From the NCBI GenBank assembly GCA_963833575.1, contig CAWHXY010000007.1, positions 32,001-96,000 on the forward strand: a DNA stretch of 64,000 bases, written 5' to 3'. This DNA is from Candidatus Bathyarchaeota archaeon. Its GTDB lineage: Archaea > Thermoproteota > Bathyarchaeia > Bathyarchaeales > Bathycorpusculaceae. Under the pieces are notes generated by a model that was given only the letters and a program-made list of their open reading frames with translations, was not told the origin of the DNA and made no database searches. Of the stretch, positions 30,411 to 39,553 are shown in pieces. Numbering within the stretch: the first letter of the stretch is position 1; every line of letters starts with the position of its first letter. The position numbers and the translations under genes were made by a program.

Positions 30411-31163
30411 ATGGTCTGCTCAATTGACATAAGCGAAAAACCAAAACTAAACGACCCGATCCTTATTGAAGGGTTACCTGGAATAGGGTTTGTAGCTAAT
30501 ATTGCAGCGCTGCATTTGATAAAAGAGTTAAAGGCTAAACGTTTTATTCAGATTTTCTCCTCTTCGTTCCAAGATTTTGCAGTAACAACTGAGAATGGCG
30601 GCGCCCTTTCGCCTATTAATGAACTCTATTATGTTAAGCGAGAGGAGGGTAAACATGATTTGATTATTTGGTTTGGAAACACTCAGGCCCTTACAACTGT
30701 TGGGCAATACGAATTAGTAGGTAAAGTTCTTGATTTGGCACAGGAATATGGTTGCAAATTCGTAATTTCCATTGGCGGCTTCAAGAAGGATGAGGCAGAG
30801 CAAGTACCGGCAGTTTACAGTACTGCTACAGACTTGGACACAATGCAGGAAGCTTTAGATTTAGGTACAAAAGTGATGGTTGGGCATGTTTTTGGAATCG
30901 CAGGTTTGTCAGTTGGATTGGCGAGAATCAGAGACCTGAAAGGCTTCTCCCTATTGGTTGATACACCCGGAATGAATCCAGACGTAAATGCCGCTCGTCA
31001 AGCATTGATCCTGCTTGACAAATACTTGAACATCCAAGTTGATTTAGCCACGATTGAAGACAGCAGCGTTGAAATCAAGAAAACTTTAGAATCTTTTGGA
31101 ATTATTAGGAGTATAACAGAAGAAAAGAAGAAAGAGGAGCAACAATTGCGTTGGTTTATTTAG
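30411..31163 (+). CDS. PAC2 family proteasome assembly chaperone
   Basis: LIEGLPGIGFVANIAA, ISIGGF; start likely ATG 30411. Confidence 0.88.
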   Translation: MVCSIDISEKPKLNDPILIEGLPGIGFVANIAALHLIKELKAKRFIQIFSSSFQDFAVTTENGGALSPINELYYVKREEGKHDLIIWFGNTQALTTVGQYELVGKVLDLAQEYGCKFVISIGGFKKDEAEQVPAVYSTATDLDTMQEALDLGTKVMVGHVFGIAGLSVGLARIRDLKGFSLLVDTPGMNPDVNAARQALILLDKYLNIQVDLATIEDSSVEIKKTLESFGIIRSITEEKKKEEQQLRWFI

Positions 31164-31582
31164 GGTTTTACTTCACTCATGAACGCTTGATAGACTTTCT
31201 GCACTCGGTCGGCTGCTGGACCTGAACCTTCAATAACGCCTTTTTCGGTTAGTTTGACTTTGTCCATGACCCAAATGAATCCTTGGTCTTCGTATAGTTT
31301 GACCATGGTTGGAAACACTTTTTCAAGTCTTGAAGCTAAAGATTTGAGGTCGAAAGGTTTTTCTGCGCTTGATATTTGAGCAACAACGTTTCCATTTAGA
31401 AATATTCGATGCAGCAATTTTCCAGTTTCATCTTTTGCATCAGCAATGCTTAGGCTCATAGTATCAGGGTTAATGCCAATTAGAGTGCCATTGAATGTTT
31501 TCCCAGTAGTTGTCACTACAGACACTGTTTTATCCGCCAACGCTGAGATTTCAGTGAAGTATTTTCTTTGCGCTACAGACAA
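31160..31582 (-). CDS. Lsm/Sm-like RNA-binding protein with C-terminal domain (SmAP3-like)
   Basis: Sm fold (GKTFNGTLIGIN...IFLNGNVVAQI) plus Lsm_C-like tail; start likely TTG 31582. Confidence 0.85.
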   Translation of the reverse strand: MSVAQRKYFTEISALADKTVSVVTTTGKTFNGTLIGINPDTMSLSIADAKDETGKLLHRIFLNGNVVAQISSAEKPFDLKSLASRLEKVFPTMVKLYEDQGFIWVMDKVKLTEKGVIEGSGPAADRVQKVYQAFMSEVKP

Positions 31583-31826
31583 CTTTATTTCTCCTTTAAG
31601 GTAACGAAATTGCACTACCAGTATTTATCTTTAGACGCTTCGCTGGCTACCATAATTAAAATACCGCAAAAACCGAAGTTTTTTAATGCAGGGAGGTGTA
31701 CTTTAATATTACATTCGGTTTTGCCTTTCTGCTTTTTTTGAGTTTTCACTTTCGCTATAGCCTCTACTGTTCTAAAATATCGGTTCAAAACCTACTTTAT
31801 ATTGCGTTTAAACCTCAAAAACAGTT

Positions 31827-32003
31827 ATGGTTGACTTAACTAGACCTTGTGATGCTTGCGGAAGAATGATTGGCGGTGCTGGCAAATAGTGCCCTAAATG
31901 TAAAGTTTACTTCTGCAATGTTCGCGCTTGGCAATTAATGAATAAGCAAAATAAATTTCCAGTTGTTTGCCCTATATGTGGTGATAAACTTGAGTTTCCT
32001 TAA
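31827..32003 (+). pseudogene. Zn-finger gene interrupted by in-frame TAG
   Basis: MVDLTRPCDACGRMIGGAGK*CPKCKVYFCNVR...VVCPICGDKLEFP; TAG at 31887-31889; CNVR may be a decayed CxxC. Confidence 0.6.
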
Positions 32004-32362
32004 GGTGAAAAGACCTATAACTAAAGCAAGTAACTTATGGAAACAAATATTTTTAAAAGGGTTTGATTAGGCTATAGTACTGAAAATTTTTCTTTTAGGA
32101 GAAAAAGAAAAAATGCAAATTTCTTTTTCACACAATACTATGTCATGTATCGTGCACTTAACTAGAGCCTAATCAGCCCCATTTTGCTACAGTATGATAA
32201 TGCCTTATAACATTTTGCAAAACAGTCATCAGCCTAGATATTTCATTAATCGCATAGATTAAAACAATTAACATAAATTCAAGTTGCCAAGCACAAGGTT
32301 GTTTGTCCTATTTGTGAAAAGTTTTCATAAAGATAAGTCTTAAATCTGAACAGCGTAGAATA

Positions 32363-32566
32363 TCATTTTGGAATTTCAGTATTTTCAACCATTCTGAATA
32401 TTACGCAACCTGCACCAAACAAGAGACCTAAAGCCAAAATTAAGGTATTGCCATTGTTGGGAAATATTGATGCGAAAGCAATAATTGAGAAAATGATTAT
32501 CAAACCCATAATGAATGTGACTTGACCTAATCGTCCCAAAGTAAGCACCATTACCGTATTATCCAA
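32363..32566 (-). CDS. Small two-TM membrane protein
   Basis: 67 aa, two hydrophobic helices, lies between repeat copies 1 and 2. Confidence 0.5.
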   Translation of the reverse strand: MDNTVMVLTLGRLGQVTFIMGLIIIFSIIAFASIFPNNGNTLILALGLLFGAGCVIFRMVENTEIPK

Positions 32567-32665
32567 AGTTAATTTAAACTAGCTTTGGTAATTAAAATAG
32601 TTAAGTTTTCGCGAAGATAAGTCTTAAATCTGAACAGCGTAGAAATAGAAGAAAGTGGCAATTCG

Positions 32666-32998
32666 ATGAATCCAAGAAGTTGTCCTGAGTGCAATAAACC
32701 TCTTACATGGATTCCAGAATATCAAAGATGGTATTGTAAGAAAGATAAGATTTACCCTAAACTACCTCTTTGCCCAATGTGTAAACAACCTCTCAACTGG
32801 ATTCCACAATATAAAAAATGGTATTGCTACAATGATAACCAATATCCTTCACTGTCAGAAGCATGTTCAGCTTCTAAAGAAACTATTTCAAAAGAAATTA
32901 TTAGAGAAGTTGTACTGATACCATGTTCTTATTGTAGTGGATTAATGCCTCAAACGTCTATATTTTGTCCAAACTGTGGAGCAAGAAGAAAAGCCTAA
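32666..32998 (+). CDS. Zn-ribbon repeat protein
   Basis: Two CPxCxxPLxWIPxYxxWYC repeats plus C-terminal CSYC...CPNCG zinc ribbon. Confidence 0.75.
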   Translation: MNPRSCPECNKPLTWIPEYQRWYCKKDKIYPKLPLCPMCKQPLNWIPQYKKWYCYNDNQYPSLSEACSASKETISKEIIREVVLIPCSYCSGLMPQTSIFCPNCGARRKA

Positions 32999-33045
32999 AA
33001 ATGCAATAAGTCTTAAATCTGTATGGCATAGAATAGTGGATAGAG

Positions 33046-33114
33046 CAAGAAAGTGGTTTGGGAAGGGAGAGCTGGGGGAGAAGGGAGATTAGAAGAAGCC
33101 AAACCACTCACTTG
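33046..33114 (+). other. Hairpin with purine-rich, G-quadruplex-capable loop
   Basis: AGTGGTTTGG (33052-61) pairs with CCAAACCACT (33099-108), extended by CAAG/CTTG; G-tracts at 33060, 33065, 33074 and 33083. Confidence 0.5.
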
Positions 33115-33174
33115 TCCTTACTTCGTTTAGGTTTATTTTCGCCTTTTAAGTGTTCTTAACACGCAGCGATATAC

Positions 33175-33297
33175 ATGCGCGCGCTATTAATTGGAATAGC
33201 AATTACGGCTTTAAGTGCGCTAGCATCTTTCTTCAAAATAAACTCTGAAATCACAGCTGAAGAAGTTAACAAAGTACGCCAAAGAAGAAACCAATAA
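33175..33297 (+). CDS. Putative 40-aa single-TM peptide
   Basis: MRALLIGIAITALSALASFFKINSEITAEEVNKVRQRRNQ; its stop overlaps repeat copy 4. Confidence 0.4.
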   Translation: MRALLIGIAITALSALASFFKINSEITAEEVNKVRQRRNQ

Positions 33298-33340
33298 TTC
33301 TTAAATCTGTGTAACTTAGAAATAGATTGCAAGTGACAAA

Positions 33341-33760
33341 ATGAATCCAAGAAGTTGTCCAGAATGCAATAAACCTCTTACATGGATTCCAGAATATCAA
33401 AGATGGTATTGCAAAAAAGACAAGATGTACCCTGACCTTCCACTATGCCCATTATGTGCACAGCCTCTCCATTGGTTACCACAATACAAAAGATGGTACT
33501 GCTATGATGACACTACATATCTACCGCTTCCGCCTCACACACCTCCTTCACCCGAAAATTCAGAGTCTTTGCTTGAACCGAAGAGTTCTCCACCAGAATC
33601 ACTAGATCCTCAAACAATGGGTAAATGCATAAAGTGTGGGGCTGAGCATTGGAGTATACATGTTAATGGTTATTGCAAGGTCTGTCAATCAGAAATAGAC
33701 AAGAATGAAGCAGAGGCAAAATATTACAAAAATGAAGACCGTTTGCGAAGACGATACTAA
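33341..33760 (+). CDS. Zn-ribbon repeat protein, paralog of 32666-32998
   Basis: First 28 aa identical to the paralog; different Pro-rich linker and C-terminal CIKC...CKVC. Confidence 0.75.
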   Translation: MNPRSCPECNKPLTWIPEYQRWYCKKDKMYPDLPLCPLCAQPLHWLPQYKRWYCYDDTTYLPLPPHTPPSPENSESLLEPKSSPPESLDPQTMGKCIKCGAEHWSIHVNGYCKVCQSEIDKNEAEAKYYKNEDRLRRRY

Positions 33761-33962
33761 AATTTATTGCTGATGATAAGTCTTAAATCTGCAGAGCGAA
33801 TAGTCAAAAATATTTTTTAGTCGAAAAAAATTGGAAGTTAAATTGACCCAAATCAGAGAAAAACCAACTGTGAATGAATTGATACCCAAAATGATTTAAG
33901 CTAAGAACAACGACAAAAAAGATAGGCTTTAATTTCAAAAACAGTAGAATGGAGGTGATATT

Positions 33963-34400
33963 TTGGCAAGAGTAGAAAAATCAATTGAAATTAACGCTCC
34001 GCTGGACAGAGTTTTCTCTTTGATTAGTTGGGATAAAGTCCCTGAGTATTATGACTCGATTAAAAAGGTTGATTGGACTTCTGAGCCCAAAATGAAGGTA
34101 GGGGCAACCGTCCACGTGCTCAGCGAGATAGCTGGTGCCAAAGCAGAATGGGACGCTGAGATAACAGAATATAAAGACAACGAAAAAGTCTCGTGGCGAA
34201 CCACTAGTGGGAACATGACAATTATCTACAATGCCACTCTCGACCCTGTAAAAGCGGGAACTAAACTGACAACTTCATTTGATTATGAGTTGCCGTATTC
34301 GATTTTAGGCAAGTTGATTGATAAACTGCGAGTACATAAATCATTGGAAAAAGAAGCGGAGATGGCGCTGGAAAAAATGAAAGCGCTAGCCGAGAAATAA
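33963..34400 (+). CDS. SRPBCC/polyketide cyclase-like protein
   Basis: VEKSIEINAP..RVF...EWDAEITEY...GTKLT; RBS GGAGGTGA. Confidence 0.85.
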   Translation: MARVEKSIEINAPLDRVFSLISWDKVPEYYDSIKKVDWTSEPKMKVGATVHVLSEIAGAKAEWDAEITEYKDNEKVSWRTTSGNMTIIYNATLDPVKAGTKLTTSFDYELPYSILGKLIDKLRVHKSLEKEAEMALEKMKALAEK

Positions 34401-34503
34401 GTCCGCATAAGGCTTTTGGGGATTGCTGCTAGAATTAAGAGTTTAAGCAAAGAACAAGAGAATAGACCATTTGCGTTTCAATTTTGAAGGGAGGTGATTG
34501 TGA

Positions 34504-34893
34504 ATGATCGGTGAATTAATAGCTGAAGTCAAAGGCAAAGCTACTGGAACGCGTGTTCTTGGTGAAGGAAAAATGGAGGGGTCGAGTACTGGATCAGGCA
34601 CCATCTTAGGAAAAGAAGCCACAGAAATGGATACGGCTGTTTTAACGTGGATGCCTAACGGAGTGATGATGGCAGAAGGGAACGCAATAATCATGACAAC
34701 GGAGGGAGAGACTGTAATGCTGAAGAGCAATGGAATAGGCTGGTCTACGGGCTTGAAACAAAGCGGTAGCGGAGCGTGTTACTTTATGACAAGTTCGCCG
34801 AAACTAGCGAGCCTCAACAAGACAGTCGGCGTTTGAGAACGCGAATCAGACGAGATGGGAAACTACACCATTAAGGTCTGGGCGTGGAAATAG
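34504..34893 (+). pseudogene. Conserved-looking hypothetical gene with internal TGA
   Basis: Strong RBS GGAGGTGA. The frame continues past TGA 34834-36 as ERESDEMGNYTIKVWAWK-stop, consistent with a TGG>TGA nonsense change. Confidence 0.55.
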
Positions 34894-34961
34894 CCAGATC
34901 GAACCTCTGTGTCCTTTAATTTTTTTTATCCCTATTTTTCAAATGATTCAGTTTCCATATA

Positions 34962-35484
34962 TCATATACATACTTGAAAGTAAATATTCTTTCCCACATC
35001 ACATAATATCGGGACAAGGCAGCGCGCTATTTTTTGGAGCGTTTGTCTTATATGGCGATAGTATATTAATTTGCAATCTGAGTAACAGAATGAAATGCGA
35101 ATAGAGAAATCAATAGGCAAATATTCAGAAGGGCAAGCGAAAAAAAACTTGAAAAAAGGCATTCGCGCGCTGAACTGTGTTTTGGTTTAGTTCTGCAAGA
35201 AGGTTTTCTGGTGAACCGTATTCTCGTGCTATCCCAATAGCGTTTGAAATAGATGTGAAATCATAGAAGTTAGATAGTTTACTCATATCTTGTGAAAGTT
35301 TTGAGTTTTCGATGTAGCAATTTCCATTTTCATTCAGTTGTTGAAGGAAATACTTTGAAATTAAGCGTTCCTGTTCAAAGTTTACATTTTCCGCTCCAGT
35401 TGGGGGTAAGTTGCTGACAACAAAACCACGCGCGCCAAGAACTTCATTATCTGCACGCTAAAGTTTCCAAAACTTTTTAAGCAT
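34962..35484 (-). pseudogene. Degraded hypothetical gene
   Basis: MLKKFWKL, TAG (35458-60), then about 110 open codons (RADNEVLGARGF...AREYGSPENLLAEL), with a probable shift into ORF 34962-35162 at a T-run. Confidence 0.35.
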
Positions 35485-35678
35485 TGAACACATGAGCCAA
35501 ATTGAGGATGAACGACCATGCAACAGCTTAATAATTGCATCGGTGGTAGCTTCTATTTATCTTTGATTTATAAAGAATTCAAAAAACACGACAATAAGTC
35601 GCTTGTCAGGGTCTACGCTAAAAAGAAAACTTGTTATTAAACAAATTAAGACAAAAATAGAGGAATTCAAAAAAATCT

Positions 35679-36821
35679 TTATGACCCTGATGATGCTGGT
35701 CTTTCCCCAAGAACAACAGCTATTGGCATTTGCGAGCTTCCTCTAACAACAGTTAATACTAAGCTGTCGTCAGGCAAAGTGTGTTCTTCTAAATAGCTTG
35801 CTAAATCATCGTTGTTTCGAATTGTTTGGTTATTTAATGCAATAACAATGTCTCCAATCTTTAATTTGCCATCCGAGGGTCCTCCACTTACAACTGTTGC
35901 AATTTTCCAACCGTAGGTAACGTTGGCGCCGGTTTGCTGGGCTATAGTGTAATCCATGTCTTGTCCTGTGACGCCTAGGTATGAGTGCCCATGGTAAGAT
36001 CCGGATGTCACTAACGACGATATTTCTCTTAAAATAGTGTTTGATGGAATAGCAAAACCTAGCCCTTGCGAATTAGAAACTATCGCAGTGGTGATGCCTA
36101 TCACGTTTCCAACTGCGTTAAGCAATGGGCCTCCTGAGTTTCCAGGATTAATCGGCGTACTTGTTTGAATAATATTGGCAATCGCAAAACCTCCAGCTGT
36201 ATCTTCTGTTATTGTTCTTCCCAATGCGCTTACCGCGCCCGTTGTCAATGAACCTACAAGTCCATACGGATTTCCAATAGCAATGACGGATTCACCCACA
36301 TTGAGGCTGGACGAGCTTACAATAGTAACTGGCTTAAATTCTGAAGCTGGTGCCTTGTTAACTGAAACAACTGCTAAATCAGAGTAAGGGTCTGTACCCA
36401 GAACAGTAGCAGCGTAACCATTTCCATCTGAGAAGGTGACACTTAAGCCGGTTGTTCCTTGCACAACATGGTAATTAGTTAAAACGACGTTTTGATTTTC
36501 AAAATTGTAAACGAAGCCTGAACCTTGTACTGTTGCAGTACTAGTGTCACCTTGTATCAAAACAACAGAGTTAAGCACTCCTTGGTAAATACTGGCAAGA
36601 GATGTGCCGTTCTGCAGTATAGTGATGTTCTGAGTAGTGGCGTTTTGGAAGCCCGTGAGGCTGGAAACTTGGCTTTGTAAATGTGAAACTTGCGTATTTA
36701 GACCATTTACATCCAAATAAGTGATATAATATATGCCTAAACCTCCAACAAGTAACCCTGCCGCAAAAAGAAGTATCAACAAGCTTGCTGAAGCTTTAAT
36801 TAAACGCTTGGATGTCATCAT
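35679..36821 (-). CDS. htrA: HtrA/DegP-like serine protease with PDZ domain
   Basis: N-terminal TM, GSGF, TNYHVV, SDLAV, INPGNSGGPL, C-terminal PDZ. Confidence 0.93.
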   Translation of the reverse strand: MMTSKRLIKASASLLILLFAAGLLVGGLGIYYITYLDVNGLNTQVSHLQSQVSSLTGFQNATTQNITILQNGTSLASIYQGVLNSVVLIQGDTSTATVQGSGFVYNFENQNVVLTNYHVVQGTTGLSVTFSDGNGYAATVLGTDPYSDLAVVSVNKAPASEFKPVTIVSSSSLNVGESVIAIGNPYGLVGSLTTGAVSALGRTITEDTAGGFAIANIIQTSTPINPGNSGGPLLNAVGNVIGITTAIVSNSQGLGFAIPSNTILREISSLVTSGSYHGHSYLGVTGQDMDYTIAQQTGANVTYGWKIATVVSGGPSDGKLKIGDIVIALNNQTIRNNDDLASYLEEHTLPDDSLVLTVVRGSSQMPIAVVLGERPASSGS

Positions 36822-36868
36822 AACATTGCGCCTTGAAAGAGAATTTGAACATTAGGAAATAAAAGTTG

Positions 36869-37870
36869 CTATTTCCTGCGATCTATTATTTCCATAGCTT
36901 CAGGACCTGTGCCAATCAAAACAATTGGTACTCCTGTTTTGTCTTCAACTTCAGATATGAAATCTTTTGCCTCTTTTGACAAATCGCCATATTTTCTGGC
37001 GCCTCTGCAATCTGGGAATATGCAATCTAGTTTTGTCATCGCCGCCTGTGTGGCACCATTTATCTTTGCAGTTTTCCTTGCTAGATCAAAATCAAAAGGC
37101 GCTGAACGTCGATCTCTGCCTGTTCCCGCGGCGACTTCAAACCAACCTCTTTTCTGAGCCTCTTCTTTTGTTATTTCTTCAGGTAACGGTCCTGCGCCAA
37201 CTCTTGTAATGAATGATTTGTAAACTATCAGAACATCATCTACTCTTGTTGGTCCGACTCCTGCTTCTGACGCGATGGCTGATGCGCCTGTATCTCTTCC
37301 AGTTACATATGGGTATCCGCCACCTAAGAACAGTGACAACATGAAGCCCTGTGTGCCCTCGAGAAGTACTTTTTTGCCTTGATCTAAACCGTCGTTGACT
37401 TCTTGCACTTGATCAGTAATGTAAGCTTTCAATTCAGGGATATCTTTAGCAAGTTTTGCCGTGCGTCTCACACGTTCTTCTAAAGCGGGTCCTACGCCTC
37501 GCCCTGTTGTTCCGATTCCTTTGTTGACGGCACTTGCCTTGTCTTGAGCGCAATGTTTCTCTTCAATTATAGATGCATTTTGATCTATGCCAATTCTATC
37601 CTGCACTTTAGTCAATTCAACCTCGTTGAAAAATATTTTTACATCAACATTAGCTCCAGCTGCGATAAGCAGGCGAGTTTTCGGATTTAAAAAGGCTGCT
37701 GGAACCATGTGCAGAGCATATTTTTTTCCTTCAAACCAAACAGTGTGAGCCGCGTTTACAGAGCCAGTTCTAACGCAGAAATCAAGATTATCTTTAAGAG
37801 CTAAATAAGAAATTATTTTTCCTTTGCCTTCGTCTCCCCAGAAAGCACCAACAATAACCGTGCAGGGCAT
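36869..37870 (-). CDS. purA: Adenylosuccinate synthetase (short archaeal type)
   Basis: GAFWGDEGKGK, NAAHTV, GTTGRGVGP, EGTQG, YPYVT. Confidence 0.96.
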   Translation of the reverse strand: MPCTVIVGAFWGDEGKGKIISYLALKDNLDFCVRTGSVNAAHTVWFEGKKYALHMVPAAFLNPKTRLLIAAGANVDVKIFFNEVELTKVQDRIGIDQNASIIEEKHCAQDKASAVNKGIGTTGRGVGPALEERVRRTAKLAKDIPELKAYITDQVQEVNDGLDQGKKVLLEGTQGFMLSLFLGGGYPYVTGRDTGASAIASEAGVGPTRVDDVLIVYKSFITRVGAGPLPEEITKEEAQKRGWFEVAAGTGRDRRSAPFDFDLARKTAKINGATQAAMTKLDCIFPDCRGARKYGDLSKEAKDFISEVEDKTGVPIVLIGTGPEAMEIIDRRK

Positions 37871-37932
37871 AGTAATTCACCTTTGACAAGTCACATCAAG
37901 AATTATTTAAAGATGTAGGGATTTAGGGAGTT

Positions 37933-38118
37933 TTATGTTTTGTCACTGTGTTTTTTGTCTTCGTTTATGAGTTGGGATAGTTGGTAGGTGACATAAGCTG
38001 AGAAGCTGTGGATGCCTTTTTTTATGGCATATTCCTCTTTGACTTTGAGCCATTCCTTAAAGAAGTAATCATAGACCTCAGCCTTGACAGTGATGCTTTT
38101 GTAGCCTTTTTTGGGCGT
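37933..38118 (-). CDS. Small RHH-like DNA-binding protein with ACG (non-canonical or mutated) start
   Basis: GAGGGG RBS, then ACG-PKKGYKSITVKAEVYDYFFKEW...SFSAYVTYQL (61 aa); in-frame TAA immediately upstream. Confidence 0.55.
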   Translation of the reverse strand, partial: TPKKGYKSITVKAEVYDYFFKEWLKVKEEYAIKKGIHSFSAYVTYQLSQLINEDKKHSDKT

Positions 38119-38264
38119 TTATGGTTCCCCTCTTAGTCATAGTTAGCGAACGTACATTTATTTAAGGTTTCACAATATTTGGGACGACAGTTGAGGTAGG
38201 CTGAACACACACCGTTAATTATATATTATCAGAGTACTGTAAAGTACGGAAGGAGATTAGAGTT

Positions 38265-38411
38265 TTGCCAAGAAAAGGATACAAATGCTTAACCGTTACA
38301 GACAAAGTTCATCAAGACATCAAAAAAAGGGCTGGAGAAACTAACCGCACTATAAGAGAATACGTTGAATACTTGTTTGCTAAGGACAAATCACCCAAAG
38401 AAGGAAAATAG
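38265..38411 (+). CDS. Small RHH-like DNA-binding protein (48 aa)
   Basis: AGGAG RBS, TTG start, MPRKGYKCLTVTDKVHQDIKKRAGETNRTIREYVEYL (beta-helix-helix pattern). Confidence 0.6.
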   Translation: MPRKGYKCLTVTDKVHQDIKKRAGETNRTIREYVEYLFAKDKSPKEGK

Positions 38412-38585
38412 TTGCCTCTTAAGGTTCTTCAATCCGACGACAAGGTTGTGGAAGTGCAATTCGTGTGCGATTCATGTGGCAAACTTGTTAGAACAAGCCT
38501 AATCGCGAGAAAAGAATTGGAAAGTCAAAAGAATGCAATAATATTTTGTTGCCAATGTAAACAATGTCAAACTGAAAGAGAATAA
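38412..38585 (+). CDS. Small Zn-finger protein (57 aa)
   Basis: TTG directly after the previous stop; CDSCG...FCCQCKQC. Confidence 0.55.
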   Translation: MPLKVLQSDDKVVEVQFVCDSCGKLVRTSLIARKELESQKNAIIFCCQCKQCQTERE

Positions 38586-38603
38586 GTTTTCTAAAATTTC
38601 AAC

Positions 38604-38984
38604 TTAGGGGCGTCTTTTTTTTGCTTCAGCATCTATAATTTTTAGAAGATTAACCACTATTTTTCCTTTATAATTTTTTTCTTTTTCAGATATGGTGTTG
38701 CGTGAATCACAGATATCATCAAAAACTATCCCTTTTTCCTCATCCAAAATTACAGGGTAAACGCGACATCCCAAAGGTCTATCAGAATAAACGCTGCACT
38801 GCTTTTTGGTTAAATCATAGAAAACACAATAACCTTCCCGATTCTTGAGCAGAGCGTAACCTTGTCTATCAAATTTTGCAAAGTAGCTTTTGACAAAGCC
38901 TTTCATTTCTAAAAGGTTAATGTCTTTTTCAGAAAGCAACATTTCAGTTTCTGTGCAACAAATGCCACAGTTTGAACAGCGCAT
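38604..38984 (-). CDS. YkgJ/UPF0153 Cys-cluster protein
   Basis: CSNCGICC...CVFYD...CSVYSDRPLGCRVYP. Confidence 0.9.
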   Translation of the reverse strand: MRCSNCGICCTETEMLLSEKDINLLEMKGFVKSYFAKFDRQGYALLKNREGYCVFYDLTKKQCSVYSDRPLGCRVYPVILDEEKGIVFDDICDSRNTISEKEKNYKGKIVVNLLKIIDAEAKKRRP

Positions 38985-39027
38985 AAGCTTGTAGTGATTG
39001 GCTTGTATTTTTGTTTTTATGTTGTTT

Positions 39028-39288
39028 TTAGCTGCATTTCGGGCGGCTGATTTGCATTATGTTTCGATTTAACATTTCGGCCCAAGCGACATTTCTCAAC
39101 GGTATCCGGGTAGCTCTCCGATTTCCATAAGGAGTGTATTCGATAAGACTATTTCTTCCTGCGCCCTTACGAATACGAGTTAGTTGTACGTTTATTATTA
39201 CTGCGCCATCCTTTAAGTGGAGATTAACGTTTTTTCCAATGTATGATTTGGCGCTATTAGCGCTGAAATTCTCCATGCTTTTTACCAC
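39028..39288 (-). CDS. Small hypothetical protein (possible Sm-like/SH3 barrel)
   Basis: YIGKNVNLHLKDGAVIINV...IPLRNVAW. Confidence 0.6.
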   Translation of the reverse strand: MVKSMENFSANSAKSYIGKNVNLHLKDGAVIINVQLTRIRKGAGRNSLIEYTPYGNRRATRIPLRNVAWAEMLNRNIMQISRPKCS

Positions 39289-39553
39289 TCTTCTTCTTGG
39301 TCAGCTATTTTACTCCAGCATTGTTGGCAAATTGGTAATTTTTCGCCTTTTATCTGGATGTATAGTTTGATGTTTTCGCTTTTGCAAGCTTCTTTCCAGG
39401 GGTTTTTACATTGCTCCATTTTTTTTCCTCAGAATCGTCATTTTGTTGTTTTTGCTTTTAAAGCGAACGGGAAAACTGAACTTTCAAACAGGGGAGGGAT
39501 GAGTGAAAGTGAAAGTTTATACGCCTATTTTTTAAACTTGTTTTTGTTGATAA

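Larger units (their letters stand above)
32319..33804 (+). repeat. Five dispersed direct repeats, consensus RATAAGTCTTAAATCTG-N~8-AGAA(A)TAG, separating small genes
   Basis: Copies at 32319-32360, 32603-32644 (39/42 identical to the first), 33005-33036, 33293-33325 and 33775-33804. Confidence 0.85.

Noticed and set aside
32666-33760. Diversity-generating retroelement TR/VR pair
   Set aside because: Differences are synonymous and not adenine-specific, both copies are coding, and no reverse transcriptase is present.
32319-33804. CRISPR array or classical integron attC array
   Set aside because: Spacing of 280-480 bp with genes in between is far too long for CRISPR; there are no cas or intI genes and no attC R'/R'' boxes.
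31827-35484. Stop-codon recoding (TAG as pyrrolysine, TGA read-through) suggested by in-frame stops
   Set aside because: TAG and TGA terminate many intact core genes here (purA, PAC2 and the beta-CASP gene end in TAG; cca and thpR in TGA). The interrupted genes are accessory and some show other decay.
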